A stretch of 64,000 nt of DNA. Source: the human T2T-CHM13v2.0 reference genome, Homo sapiens. Where the stretch lies: assembly GCF_009914755.1 (NCBI RefSeq), contig NC_060936.1. One strand, given 5' to 3'. The notes under the pieces are model-generated. The model had not been told where the DNA came from, did not search any database, and saw only the letters and a list, made by a program, of their open reading frames with translations. Made by a program: the position numbers and the translations under genes. Of the stretch, positions 27,253 to 41,022 are shown one piece after another. Positions within the stretch are counted from its first letter, which is position 1; each line of letters starts with the position of its first letter.

Positions 27253-30200
27253 CACTTCCAATACCATTAAATGAGCCAAACAGGTGAAATAGAACAGTAC
27301 AGTATCTCCTAGAAAGAAATATAAATGTTCTAGATTATAATTAACATTTGAATTTCTATTATTTATTGATTAATAAGATTTGGGGAGAATATTCTTTTTC
27401 CTTGAGAAAGCAACATATACCCCTTCTACACTTTAAAGTGGTTTAGTGGTGATCAGTTCTCTAAGGATTCACTCTCTCATTGCTGTTAGAGCCCCAACAA
27501 TCTGTTGTGTGATCACTGCATCCCCCTTTGGCCTTGTTTTCTAATTCCTATTATTCTGTGGCCCTTTTTTTCTGATGTCATCCACAGAGTGCTGTCTCAG
27601 ACACTAATGCAAGAGTTGCTCCATGCATTCTTCAGTTAGAGCAATAAGCAGGCAGTGAGCCTAGGTTCTTGGAGGAATTCTTCATTTTACAACATTCTAG
27701 GGCAAATAATTATTAAAAATAAAGAGAGCTGGCCATTTTCTCGAGCTGCTTTAAGCCCTAAAAATAATCAGTCAAAAACTTTCTCTGAAATGTTCTTGTT
27801 TTTGGTTTCAGAGAGTAAAATGAGAGAGAGAGAGAGAGACAGAAATTAAAAGTTTCTGCAATTAAGCCTTGGTCTGGACACTCTTTCTCAATGAGTAGAG
27901 TTAGATTTTTCCTCTCTTTTGTAATCCAATTAAATCATCAAGATTTCTTGAATCTCAGAATGCTTCTGTTGGACGCACAATTTGTGTGTAGTTTATTTTA
28001 ATTATTGGTTCTGAGTTCACATCCAAGTTGATGCTAGCTATTTTCTTGCCCAGAATTCATTTATTTTATAATCCCCTGTTTTTTTAGGCTTAGATGACAC
28101 CCTTATAATATTTATAGTGACACTGTTCAGAGACAAAATTGCTATTCCCTTTTATCTGCTCGTTCTTCTAGAGTAAAACTTTCAGAGTAGTTGTTCAGGT
28201 AATAAAATTATTTTAATTTAATTTTATGGGAAACAACTGTAAATAATCCTACTATGTTTTTACTTTATAAAATTGAGTTAGTTTTCAAAGCATATTTCAC
28301 TGTGTATTTGTGTTTCACAAGAACAGACTCAGCAATTTCAGTCACTAAAAGCCATTTAAGTATATTTATATATTAAGATATTACACAAGTTATTTTTTAT
28401 CTTTGTACTGCAATAATAGTTGATAGATAATACTATTTTATGATGCTTTCATGAACAAAGTTTCTTTCAAAAATACATGCATGTCACCATCCCCTATTAA
28501 AAATAGACTTAGTGCATATATCTTTATTCAACTGTTTATCTATTTTGATCTCTGAGTGTCTTCTACCAGTATTATTCCAAGATAAATCTTATAATATTTA
28601 TGAATGTATAGATGTATTTATTTGTGTCATATTTTATATAATGTATATTGTTATGTCATCTTTAGGTATATATTACTGATAAGTACATTCTAAAACGGAA
28701 AATACTATGTAACAATGATAGCAGTGTTACATTGCTTTTGCATAGCTCTTTTAGCTACTCTTTTAATATACATTTACTTTTGTCTTCCAAAAATCTTCTG
28801 AAATAAGTGTATTTATAATTATGCAACTTTGTTTTTGAAAACAAATGTACTATGTCAGTAAGTGATATGCCAAAGTCCCAACTCCTGATAAATTTAGTAC
28901 TACAATTAACACAGTTTTCCTGAATCACAGTTCAATAATGTTTCAAATACAGATATTAAATAACAGAACTAAAATAACTCTTAATTATATTTTGAGATAT
29001 ATATGTATAACATTTTTATGTGAAACAGTTTAATAAACTGTCTGGCACACCCAGAAATGTGCCCAATTAAAATCAAACACATATTAGAAATATTTCATAA
29101 TATGTAGGTTTTATTTTTTCCCTTGTGGTCATTATCTCTTCTTTGAGAAATGACCTCTAATAAAGATACTCATTCGGCCTCAGGATATGTGTACATTAAG
29201 GAAATAAAAACCTCAAGTGTTCTCCCTATTATATCCATAAGATATTTGTCAAATATCCCTAGGGCCTTTCACATACTGGTCAGCTGTACCCAGAGATCAT
29301 TATGAAAACTTTCTGTAGTTTTACAATATAACTTTGTGATTTTTCAGAGCTATTATATCTTCTAAGACTTCCTTGTGTTTTATGGAAAGCTTCAGGGAAA
29401 ATAAATATGTCTTTCTAGACCCAGAACTTGAAATGACAGTGGACTCAAGAGATCAAGGTTATCAAAACAGGAGTTCTGTGTTATGGCTTCTGTTTATCTG
29501 CAGGAAAGCAGCCAAGGTGAAAGGGGTTGTTGTTATTTTTAAAGTACTGGATTATCTATAAGGGGAATTTCTTATCATTATAGATTATTTTTGTTTCCAA
29601 TTCTAAATGTTGACCTTATTTTTGATATCATCTCTGTCCTTTGACAGTTATTAGCTTATAGATGATTGCTGGGAAATATCCCCAAACTCATACACTCTTT
29701 AGGTTATTGTGAATATTTGGCTGTTTGCTTTCAAAGGGGGATGGGGGAAGAGGCAGAAACGATGAGAAAGGAAACACAGACAGACATCATGCCCATTTGA
29801 ATACATTCTTTTCTTCCAGATACGCACTGTGAGGATTTCTAGTGTTTTACATTTAATACATTTAGCTTTTCTCAAATTTTCAATATTTGAAAATTCCCTT
29901 TGTTATTCTGCAGAACAGTGGAATAACTGTATTATTGCCATGATGAGGACTGTTGTTTCTATTTTAGGTATGTAGCAAATGAAATATGACTATGAACAGA
30001 TTTCATGATCTTTACATAAGATATAAGGATATAAGGATAAGACATAAGGATATAATCCTTATAGAAGAATGAAGTCACATTATTGGGATTCTATGTCTTC
30101 CTGTACATAATTCAGAAGTTTTTAATATCTCACTAAATTCAAGAGCTTATTGCAGTTAATCATACTACATATTATAACCCCCCAAAAAAGATAATGCTAA

Positions 30201-30334
30201 ATCTAACAGCTATTTTATAAGCAATGCTTTCCAAACAACTTTTTTTTTCCTTTTCACTGTGGCATAGCAAGAGAAAACAAGGTTAGTTAGTGGCTGGCAG
30301 AATTTAGGTATCAGGATGCCTGGCACCAAAATAT

Positions 30335-30565
30335 GGATGGAAAGAGCCTGGGATTTGCTTGAGTCTCACAATTCTAGATTTGAGATCAAACCCTCATAAT
30401 TTTAGCCATGTGGTCTCAGGCAAGTTATTTTGCCTTCTTGAATCTCACATGTCTCATCTCTGAAAGTGACCTAGTATTAATTTTCAAATCTGTTGATGTC
30501 ATTATATGAGATAAAGCATTTTAAATATCCATCCCAAGTCCATAATATAGTATTGGTTAAATAAG
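30335..30565 (+). mobile_element. MIR SINE relic
   Basis: TGGAAAGAGCCTGGGATTTG...TAGCCATGTGGTCTCAGGCAAGTTATTT.GCCTTCTTGAATCTCA. Confidence 0.6.
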
Positions 30566-31473
30566 CTTTTCTCCTCTGTTTTCAATTATAACATTAATAG
30601 AATATTTCATATAACATTTGTGTATGTGTGTATGCTTGTGTGTATATGTGTCTGATTATATATGTGCATATGCATACACACATGTGTGTATATAGATGTT
30701 TATATGTGTGTATATTTTTGTATGTACATACATACAGAACTACTCAGAATATTTAGACTGACCTCAAATATAACATTTCTTTGAAGTTTGTTTAATCTTA
30801 AAAATTTGAGTACTTTTGTATTTCTACATTATTATATATTTTATTATTAAAATCATATAGCCACAATCACCACTTGTTAAAATGAAACTGTCCACTCCAA
30901 AAGATAATATTGATATTGTAGCTTCTTGTGCATTTTGTTCACCAAAGTATATCCAAGGGAAGGGGTGTACACCCCAGTTTTTAAAATACAACATCAAGTG
31001 ATATTTCCAGGATGTTTTGTGTGCAGAATTTTTCTTAAGATATAATGATGTACAGGATTAAAGATGTAAGGATACTATTGAGAACCACATGCTCTTTATA
31101 TACCTCTCATAGACACTTAAATTGTTCTCTAGGGAGTGGGTAATAGAATCAGATTCATAATCCGGAAAGGAAGTTAAATTGTTTCATTCATGCTGAATTT
31201 GCACAGTGCGTTTTGGGAAGTTTCTTTATATTGTTAAAAATTCTTCATTTATTCAATGAGATGTCACAGCCTTGTAGAAATGTTTTCTGTATGTCATTTT
31301 TTATAACTCTTAGTTTATCAATTGTTAATTTTGCACTCCTCCCCCATCCATAATGGATGACATGAGATGTACCTAATCTAAGTGAACCTTAGAATCTAAG
31401 GGTACCCTAAAGGGTAAATCACATTATAAATTTTTCTGTCCAGGAGAATACTATTTTAGTCCTGTCCTGATTT

Positions 31474-31489
31474 CATATATATATATAAA

Positions 31490-31529
<40 letters not shown>

Positions 31530-31546
31530 ACACACAAACATACACT
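31474..31546. repeat. (TA)n followed by (CA)n microsatellite
   Basis: Directly visible. Confidence 0.95.
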
Positions 31547-32469
31547 ACTCAGACACTCTTGTGTTGAAAATCTAAAAGCTACAAGTGTTTAGTCCATAAT
31601 ACTGGCCCTAGTACTGATAGAGTGGAGTCAGTGAGCCGTGGCACACATGATCTGAAGAATTACCCACTAGAAGCACATGATCTCATGGCAGGATAAAGAC
31701 GGTCTTCAGGGAGACTCCACAGTAGTTACAATGATTACTACAAGCCTTCTATTTTTATAATGTTGTCAGTGTTGGCCAGTAAATCAGTAAAACCACCAGT
31801 CAGACCATGCCCTCGGCAAAATATGATGTGGCATAATTACAAAGGAGATTTTTAGAGAAAACCCTCCTGAGTCCTTTGAGCTAAGTGCCTAAGGGTGATT
31901 TCCAGCTAGCCTGTGGTTTGATCACAGTTATGTATGATCTCATGCCTACGGGCTTCGCAGAAGTTTTCTCTATCTATGAACCATATTCTAAAACTTTTGC
32001 ATCTCTGCATAGGCCAAAGGCTACATACATCTAATTATAAAAGATGATGTTTAGAAATAAAAATACTGAAGAACTCGCCTCTTTCCTCTGGAAATCTCAC
32101 ATTCAGTTAGGTTTCCACAAGACTTCATCTAGCTAAGCACTCAATATATATTGTGTTTTATTTAAATGTTGGAGGAGCTATGTCTGATTTGTCATCATCT
32201 TGCTTACTTGAAAATAATGCCAATACTGTCAGTATTCGAGCATGTGATTGAAAAGATTCTTGCAGACCTGTGGCATGCACCTAGGCTTCCACATGTCCAC
32301 CAAAGGCTGGTTGCCTTCAATTATGTGCTCTTGCTTTTTCAGACTGGCTAAAATCTGAGTATGCTCAGAGTTCTGGATACATTAGGGGGCAGATTCTTTA
32401 TTGTCACTCTGTGTGACTGCAGAACTGGGGAGGTTGTTTATCACAGACATGCAAGTGCATGACCTCAGC

Positions 32470-32730
32470 TTTTTTAATTCATTTGACTCTTGTTTTAGTA
32501 CCTACTGTGAACAAGACACAAACTCTGGGCTCAAAAATCTCATGCTCTAGGTAAGGAACACAGACATATAAAGATATTATGAGACTAGAGCAGCTTTCCC
32601 TGAGGAGGTCAGAAAATCCTTCACAAAACATGAAAAATTCTGTCTTGAGGGATATATGGGAATTTGCTGGGTAGAGAAAGAGAGGAAATGCATTCTGGTG
32701 GCATATAGTCTCAAAGCATGGAAGAGTATG
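32470..32730 (-). mobile_element. L2 relic
   Basis: ATTCATTTGAC..TACCTACTGTGAACAAGACACA..GAGGTCAGAAAATCCTTCAC..TGTCTTGAGGGAT. Confidence 0.5.
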
Positions 32731-32955
32731 CTGTTTACATACTTTCGAGTTTACAAAGTGCTTTCCTATATGTCATATGCTTTAATCATTCACTAGCTTT
32801 GTATGATATCAGATCAAAAGGAGTTAAGTGATTATGCAGTCACCGGAATAATAGGTATCAGACTAGAGTTTGAATTAATCCATTTCTTCCTTGACTTAGT
32901 GCTTATCTAAATCCAAAAACTAAAAATAAACCTTGATTTAGTGCTTATCTCAAAG

Positions 32956-33199
32956 CAATGTTTCTCAAACTGTTTTTTAAATTATCTTCACCTATGAAGC
33001 TTTTTCCAAACTTTCCCCCACTCAGTGCTCTCTTCCCAGGAATTTCAATACCTCAGATATATCATATATTTGTTTTTGTTTGTACTTCAGCCTTTTGGAG
33101 GGCCACAAATCATTGTAAGAGCTAAGATTTCTTCAACGCCTTCTTAAGAAACAAGTTTTGCTACACTGAAAGTGATATCAACCCCAATGAGAATGCATG
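32956..33199 (-). mobile_element. MER96B-like hAT MITE
   Basis: CAATGTTTCTCAAAC ... TTTTGGAGGGCCACAAATCATTGTAAGA ... TGAGAATGCATG; inverted homolog of 4990-5165. Confidence 0.65.
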
Positions 33200-33204
33200 C
33201 TTTA

Positions 33205-33725
33205 GAGACATTCTGCCAAATGCTAGAGATATAAAAATGAATAGGATATGGTTCCCTTTTTAAGTAAACTCAATGACTAATGGATAAGAGATGCAAGCAA
33301 ACAAATCATTTCAATAGAGAGTAGTGAATGCAACAATAGAAGAATGCAGCAAGCACAGAATGCATGACATTGCCTTCCACTTTGGCTGAGAGCAGTTAGA
33401 GGAGATGTCACAAACTTCCTTCATAAACATACTACATAACTGCATACTGCATAACATACTTCATAAACATACTACATGGTTGGGTCTTGCAGTATGGGAA
33501 TATGACTATTAGGTGGGCTAAAAAGAGCACAGCATTGCAGACAGGCAAGAATAGCAGATTAAAAGGCAAAGGTGGTGTAGCAGCTGGGCCAGTTTTGGAG
33601 TCTGCAAAGAAGTTAGGAGAGGAGAGACTGGGAGGTATTGGGCTCATGACATAAACTGCGAGAACAGACTTGCAGTAGAGGGGTGACATTATCAGTTTTG
33701 TGTTAGAAAAATCATTCGGGTGTTT
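33205..33725 (-). mobile_element. L2 relic
   Basis: TGCCAAATGCTAGAGATATAAAAATGAATAGGATATGGTTCCCT...GACATTATCAGTTTTGTGTTAGAAAAATCATTC. Confidence 0.55.
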
Positions 33726-33964
33726 TGCTTCCTATTCAAAGTGGCTGAGGAAAGCCAACACGTTTCACTCTTTTCCCTCCTGCTAAAATACTGTTGAACT
33801 TACACACATACAACAAATCTACTGCATCATTGGAAACCTGGATGGATGCCATTAGTAAACCAGAAACAGTGAGAAAACTTGGGAAGACTTGGGAAAACAA
33901 GTGGATTAAAACACTTAGAACAGTGCCAAACATGCAATAAGTACTATTAAGTGTTAGTTATTTA

Positions 33965-36115
33965 TGTCAATCAACTCGAGTGACTATAATAAAATACCGT
34001 AGATTGAACAACTGATGTGTATTTCTCACAATGCTGGAGGTAGGGAAATCCAAGATCAAATTGCCAGAAGATTTGGTATCTTGTGTGGGCTGCCTTGTAG
34101 GTGGGTCCTATATGGCAAAGGTAGTGAGGGAGAGAGGTCTCTTCATCTTCTTACAAGGGCACTAACCCCACCATGGTCACTCCATCCACAGGACCTCATC
34201 TAAACCTAATTACCTCCAAAAAGCCCTACCTCCAAATACCATCACATTGAAGATTAGGTCTTCAGCATACACATTTGTTTGTGGGGGGACATGAGCATTG
34301 AACCAATAGCATTCTTTCCCTGGCCCCACAAAATTTGTGTCCTTCTCATATGTAAAATACATTTGTTCCATCTTGACAATGTTAAGACAAATGTCTTAAT
34401 TATTCCAGCATCAACTTTTAAGTCTAAAGTCCAGAGTCTCATCTAAATATCATCTATGTCAGATATGGTTGAGGCTCAAGGTACAATTCCTCTGGAAGCA
34501 GAATTCCTCTCCAGCTATAAACCTGTGAAACTAGTAAGTCATGTGTTTCAAAAACACAATAGTGGGACAGGCATAGTACAGGCATTCTCATTCCAAAAGG
34601 GAAAAATCAAAAGGAAGAATGGGTCCCAGATAAACCTGAAACTTAACAAGGCAAATTCCATGAGATCCTAAGGATTGAGAACAATCATTGGTTTAATACT
34701 CAACCCTCCAGGCCCACTAGGGTGGCAACATTGTCTCCACAGCTCAGGGAGCCACCCCTCAAGCGGTGGCTCTCTGTGGTAGCCCTGGCTATACCATGGC
34801 TCTGCTGGGCAGGGACTACACCCTCATGGCTCCAGGCAGCCCTGCCCCATGGCTTTGACCAGAGACTGTTGGGTCTGTTGAAACTGAGGTAGTGGCCCTG
34901 ATGATCTCTGAATTGCCTTTGGGGCCATTCTTTCCTTTTCTTGAAAAATAGTACAAATTTGTAGCTGAATATTTTTATTGCCATGTCCTGTACAGTCAAA
35001 GAAGTCTGACAGCCATCCTTCCATTCCATCTCCCTCCATCCCCTTCAGTTCTAGCTGGCAATGTTTCGACTGGGGTGGGTGATTCGGTCCATAGTTCACA
35101 ACTCTACTAATCTTTGTATCCAACGGTCAGTCAGTCACAACCTTACTGTTCTTTTCTGAACATGCTTTCTCATTTTTTGCAATACAGATAGGCCGAGAAT
35201 TCTCCAAATGTTTAAGTTCTGGTTCCTTTTTGCTTAACAATTTCTTCTTCAATTCATTTCTCTCTTCTTGAGTTTTGCTAGAAGCAGTCAGGAGAAACCA
35301 AGCCACTCCTTCAACACTTTCACTCCCAAGTTCTGCCTTCCACAAAACACTAGAACACAAAAACAATTCAGCCATGTTCCTTGCCTCCATATAATGAGGA
35401 TCACCTTTTCTTCATTGTCCACTAAGATACTCCTCATTTCCATCTGAGACCTCCTCAGAACAGCTTTTACCATTTACATTTCTACCAACATTCTGTACAT
35501 GATTATTTTCATATTCTCTAATAGATGAAAGCTTTCTCTCCAGCTCTCTCTTTCCTTTCTGAGTCCTCATCAGAATCACCTTTAATAATCCCTTTATGGC
35601 AACCCTGACATTTTCTATCATGCACCTTGAAATGAGCCTGTATTCATTACCTAGTTCCAAAGCTGCTTCAAAATTTTTTTCAGTATTTGTTATAGCAGCA
35701 CCCTATTTCTCAGTACCAATTCCTATCTTATTCTGCTTGGGGTACCACAGCAAATACCATAGACTAGGTAGCCTAAACAAAAGATACTTATTTCTCACAG
35801 TTCTGCATGCCGGGAAGTCTGAGATTAGGGTGACAGCATGGTTGAGTTCTGGTGAGGGCTCTCTTCCTGGCATGCAGATGGCTGCCTTCTCATTCTATAT
35901 CTGTACACTACCTCTTCCCATGACCTTTCTTTGATGAGTGCTCAGGGCAAAAGAGCTCTGTCTCTCACTTGTTCTTCTTAAAAGGGACTAATCCCATCAC
36001 AAGGGCCCTACCTTCATGGCCTCATTGAAACCTAATTACCTTCCATAGGCCCCACCTGTGAATACCATCACACTGGAGATTAGGGCTTCAACATAGGCAT
36101 TTGAGAGGGCCATAA
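33965..36115 (-). mobile_element. MLT1A/MLT1A0-type MaLR provirus: LTR 33965-34311, internal 34312-35723, LTR 35724-about 36115
   Basis: Two homologous LTRs (shared AAACCTAATTACCT.C.A.A.GCCC.ACCT...AATACCATCACA.TG.AGATTAGG.CTTCA.CATA) flank a 1.4-kb internal part whose minus-strand ORF fragments (35127..35390 AELFLCSSVLWKAEL..GVAWFLLTA..EERNELKKKL) resemble the MaLR internal ORF. Confidence 0.88.
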
Positions 36116-36339
36116 GTAAAGCAAAAGATGAGGAGATCCTTACATGAAGAAGGAACTTTGGAGAGCCAGATTTTTTTTTTTTTTTTGGTAAACATTTATT
36201 TGTATTATACTACAGCAGCTTCACAAAATGTGGTATTTTTTTCTTACCACATTTCTTCCAGAACAATCTTTTCACTCTTGATTACATGTGATATCCACTC
36301 TTGATTACATATGAAAACATATTTGGTCAATTTGAAATC

Positions 36340-36605
36340 ATAATACTTTACACGTACTGATACCTTGTGATGTGTCAACCATTGGTATAATAGGTATGTT
36401 TTATAGATATTATTTCATCTAATCTATACATCACTTCTGTGAGATTATTGCTGTTATATTGCCCACTTTATATATGGAACAAAAAAACAACAACTTTATA
36501 TATGGAAGAAAAAGCAAAAACTAAAGCTTAGGTTAAGTACTTTTCTCAAGTACCTGCAGTTATTAAGTGGTTGAATTTAGAATCATGACTCCATAACCAT
36601 AGCCC
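36340..36605 (-). mobile_element. MIR SINE relic
   Basis: ATATTATTTCATCTAATCTATACATCAC..TGTGAGAT..TTGCCCACTTTA..GGTTAAGTACTTTTCTCAAG. Confidence 0.55.
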
Positions 36606-37499
36606 TTCAATATCTGTAATTCTGATGTATATATATTATTATTTTCTAACATTCTAACATCAAAAAATAATTTTTTACTTAAAAATTCATAACTTTTCTG
36701 TATTATTTTTAGCTATTAACATTTTTCCCTTTACCTTTTATTAAGGTAAAACTAAAAAAATACTTCTGGCCTCATTGATAATATACGTGTTTTTGAGAAA
36801 TGGAAAAGGTAAAAGCATTAGTATTTATTGTCTGTCAATAGGTACAAGACCCAGCAGTGGACTCTTTCCTATATCCTCTCATTTAATTTGCACCTTGACT
36901 TGTGACGTGACATTAAGATCCTTAAATATCGGTTGAGGAACCTGAGATTTGAAGATGTATAATTCTCACTTTTTTATATCGCATTATTCATATGTGTAAA
37001 AAATGTTTACCTTAGCATTCTTTGTTTGAAAAAAGTGAGTCAGTTGGAAACTAGATTACAACGTCAGAAGCAAGAAGTCTCAGGAAGCAATACCAAAGAT
37101 GAAATCCTGAGACAATCTCAAATTCCAAACTGAGCACTAGAAATAAATCTCATATTGTCAACTTGATTGTCTTTATAAATAGGAAAAAGAGAGGTTTAGA
37201 CAATGGCAAATGTCAAATAACCCAAGAATATATTTATATCTGATTTTAAAAGCTTTGGGGTATGTGTTTGTGTTCAAAAAGAGCATGTACTTATATTTGA
37301 ATACTTAAGTGACAAATATTCTGGAAATTGTTTTTGAGGAAAAGAGTTTACCCAGTGAAGTTAGATTCATATTGTTTGTTTTTATACCTTACACAGTATT
37401 CTGGGAATAAAGAATACTATTCATTATTTTCTTCCTAAGAAACCATTATGCAGAATGTGATTTATCACATTCATAAATACGCTTATAATAAATTACCTC

Positions 37500-38480
37500 A
37501 ATATATTTTATGTTCACATTTCCATTTGGGAAAAAAAGCTTATATTCCTATTTAAAATTATACATAAAATAACTTCCAGAAGGATTAAAGACCCAAAATG
37601 AGAGACCTAGATTAAAGACCTACAATACTCCCCTCAAAAACAATACTATAAAAGTACTAGAAGAAAATATAGGATCTGATGTTTCATATACTTTCAGTAG
37701 GGAAGGCCTTCCTAAGTACCACAAGAAACCTAACTTGAAACTTGAAATTTCTAAAAATAAAAGTAACCGTCTCAGTCAGTTTTGTGTTTGCTATAAACAG
37801 AATACCATAGACTAGCTAATTTGTAATGATCAGAAATTTATTGACTCACAGTTCTGGAGGCTGGATAGTCTAAAATTGAGGGGCCAGCATCTTGTGAGGC
37901 TTTCTTGCTGTGTCATTCCATGGCAGAAGGACTGAGAGGGAAAGAAAAAGAGACAGAGAGAAAGAGAAGGGAGCTGAACTTGTCCTTTTATAAGAAACCC
38001 TTATAAAGTCTGAGATAACAGCATTAATCCATTCACTCCACCCTCACGGCCTAATCATCTCTCATTAGGCCCCACCTCCCAACATTGTTGCACTGAGAAT
38101 TAAGTTTTCAACACATGCTTTTTTGGGAGACATAGTCAAGGTAACTATAAGTAATATTAAAGTTAAAAATATGACTGTTAGAAACTATCTGCATGATAAA
38201 TAACAGGTAAAGTTAATGGCTGTAATATGTAAAGCCTTGATATAAATAAATAAATAAATAAGAAAAAGTTAAACGATCCAATAGAAAATGAGGCAAAGCT
38301 AGCAGCATCAGGTAATACTGAATAACGGTAAAAAAATATTTTTAAAAAATACTTCACACTAATGATCAAATAAATGGAAAGTATTGATTATCAGACTGAC
38401 AAAAATGAACAGAATATATACAATATCCAACATGGTTGTAGAAAGAAAAAGCAAGCTATCTCTTTTCACTATTTGAGAGA
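37500..38480 (+). mobile_element. Old L1M ORF2 3' fragment, interrupted by an MST LTR
   Basis: AAAATAACTTCCAGAAGGATTAAAGACC..ATAAAAGTACTAGAAGAAAATATAGG..GTAGGGAAGGCCTTCCTAAG; resumes after 38145. Confidence 0.6.
37768..38145 (-). mobile_element. MST-family (MSTC/MSTD-like) solo LTR
   Basis: TGCTATAAACAGAATACCATAGACTAG..CTCACAGTTCTGGAGGCTGG..CCTAATCATCTCTCATTAGGCCCCACCTCCCAACA..TTTTCAACACATG. Confidence 0.85.
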
Positions 38481-38488
38481 CTTCGTCC

Positions 38489-38907
<419 letters not shown>

Positions 38908-39984
38908 TGATAGGTTTTACATGATAACAATCTGTAGAATTTTCTAAAGATCATATCTCACTCTTAACTTCATCCTCCTTTTTTTTTCACCTTGTGACTT
39001 TCAGTATTAAAGAGCTCTATTCAGTTGCTCTTAACCCTTCCACACTTGCGAAGAGGATTTAGCCTGGATCACAGTTTCATTTGCAAATGCTATCCTTAGG
39101 ACCTAAGTACATTATAACTACATTGATGGTTCCATTATCACAGCTTGACCATGCCAGGCTTTATACTGTTGCTAAGTAATCAGTGTCAATTGTTGCTCTT
39201 GAGGATGAAGGACAAAAATATTTCTTAAGATAAAAGGAAAGCTTTACAGAAAAGCAAAGGCTACTTTTTTCCCCCACGTTATTCTATTTCTAAAACACTA
39301 CCATGTTGTAATATTTTATTCATGAGACAAATTCTTACAAATATTTTGTCACTTTCTTTAGTAACTTTACCTTAGAATCCATTTACATTTAGGGCAAGTG
39401 GTTCTAACATACATAAAAGGGTTTTTTGTATGTTCGTAAAGTTCACATAGGATTAAGGGAAATACACAGATCTAAGAGTTAAATCTCATGAGCATATGGA
39501 AGTTCTACTATCAGCTTTCTCTGATCTAGAATGTAAATTAGGTCTCCTGCTAATAATGCATTTACTTCAGCACAGATAACAACTATTAAAAAATCTTTTT
39601 CATATCTGCAAAACTCTTATTACACCAAATCATCAAAAATAGATGAAAGCATTAAATAATTTGATTATCCTTGTCAACAATTTAGGACGTTATATAATTT
39701 TTCTCCAAAACTAACACTCTGGTACCACATCATTATATAGATTCATTTGGTTTTAATAAATTGTTTAAAAACCACACAGTCAATAAATATATATGTTAGG
39801 TATGATGTCTATGCTATAAGCAATGAGAATTTTTTTTTTCAGAAAAAAAAATCCCCGTTAAAGTCTTATGTGGGGGAAATTATGCCTTTGCCTATGAAAG
39901 TTAATCAGCAATACACAATATAGGAGTTCAGAATGAGGCGGTGTGATGTCACATGCTGGAATTTTCAGGATGTAGAAATACCCG

Positions 39985-40080
39985 TTTCACATCAGTAAGT
40001 TCAGGTGGGCCTGAATATCTGTAATTTTAAAGGTCCACAAAGTGATTTTGCTGTGTATCCTGGGTTGAGAGCTACTGCAT
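39985..40080. mobile_element. MER5A-like hAT MITE fragment
   Basis: TCAGTAAGTTCAGGTGGGCCTGAATATCTGTAATTTTAA..GTGATTTTGCTG..GGTTGAGAGCTACTG. Confidence 0.6.
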
Positions 40081-41022
40081 TCAATAATGTTAAGACTGAA
40101 ATATCAGGAACCATTGTGATGAAATTAGAAATTATGTCTTTAGTACTTCAGGGACTTGACTTCCCAAATTTCTGCCTACTCTTACAGAACACAAAATGTC
40201 TTCATACAATGTCAAACTTCAGTTGATTATATTCAAATTTAAAAATATGTATGAATCATTGACTGTTTTACTTGCTGTATGAGTTATTGATGCTCTGTAG
40301 AAACAGAAATACATTTATATCAGGTGTAAAAATGTGTGCATTTGACAGAGACTTGATAGGTATCGTGTGACTTTTAAAAGAAAACATGTTAGAAAATTAT
40401 TACACCTATTACAAAAGAATGCTTAGCTTTATAAAAAGTTATTGCAATTTCTTTTAAACTTAGTACATATAAAAATATCTGACTTGAAAAAAACTTTTTT
40501 CTTTTTAAAAACAACGTTCATCGCTGCCAGTGATTTGGCATAGTACTTTTTATAGCTACCAGGCAGCTGAGTGAGAGGAAAGCTTAGGTTGATCCTGCTG
40601 CTAAAATCATGTTTTTCTCAGTCAGTGTTAGGGTTCTTTTTCTACCATGCCCAAATACTAAAACTTAAATAGTATTACTTAAAATATATGTGCACAGTGC
40701 ATTCCATTTTGTCCAAAATGTCTTCATGATCATTATATTTCATTTAGGGTTTCTATTTTTTTCTGAGTATTTTTATATTTATGAGCAGCTTTCCCTCTTT
40801 GCCAAACTGCTTTTATGGGGAAGAAAAAAAAAAAACACACATACACATTTTGAGTTTCTCTATAGCAAAAAGAGACTTCCAAAATCATTCCACTGAACTT
40901 AGAATGTGGCAAACGTTGGGTTTGTTCTTTTAATAAATCCAGGTCTTGTAGTATCTTCATTTGCTCACTTGACTTTGCCTATCTGTACATACTCTGCTCC
41001 TGAGGCTGGGCGTGTGGCCTTC

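Noticed and set aside
29914-29967. Possible 54-nt plus-strand exon (TTCTGCAG/AACAG...TTAG/GTATGT)
   Set aside because: Good splice-like sites and one open frame, but such pseudo-exons are common and there is no independent support
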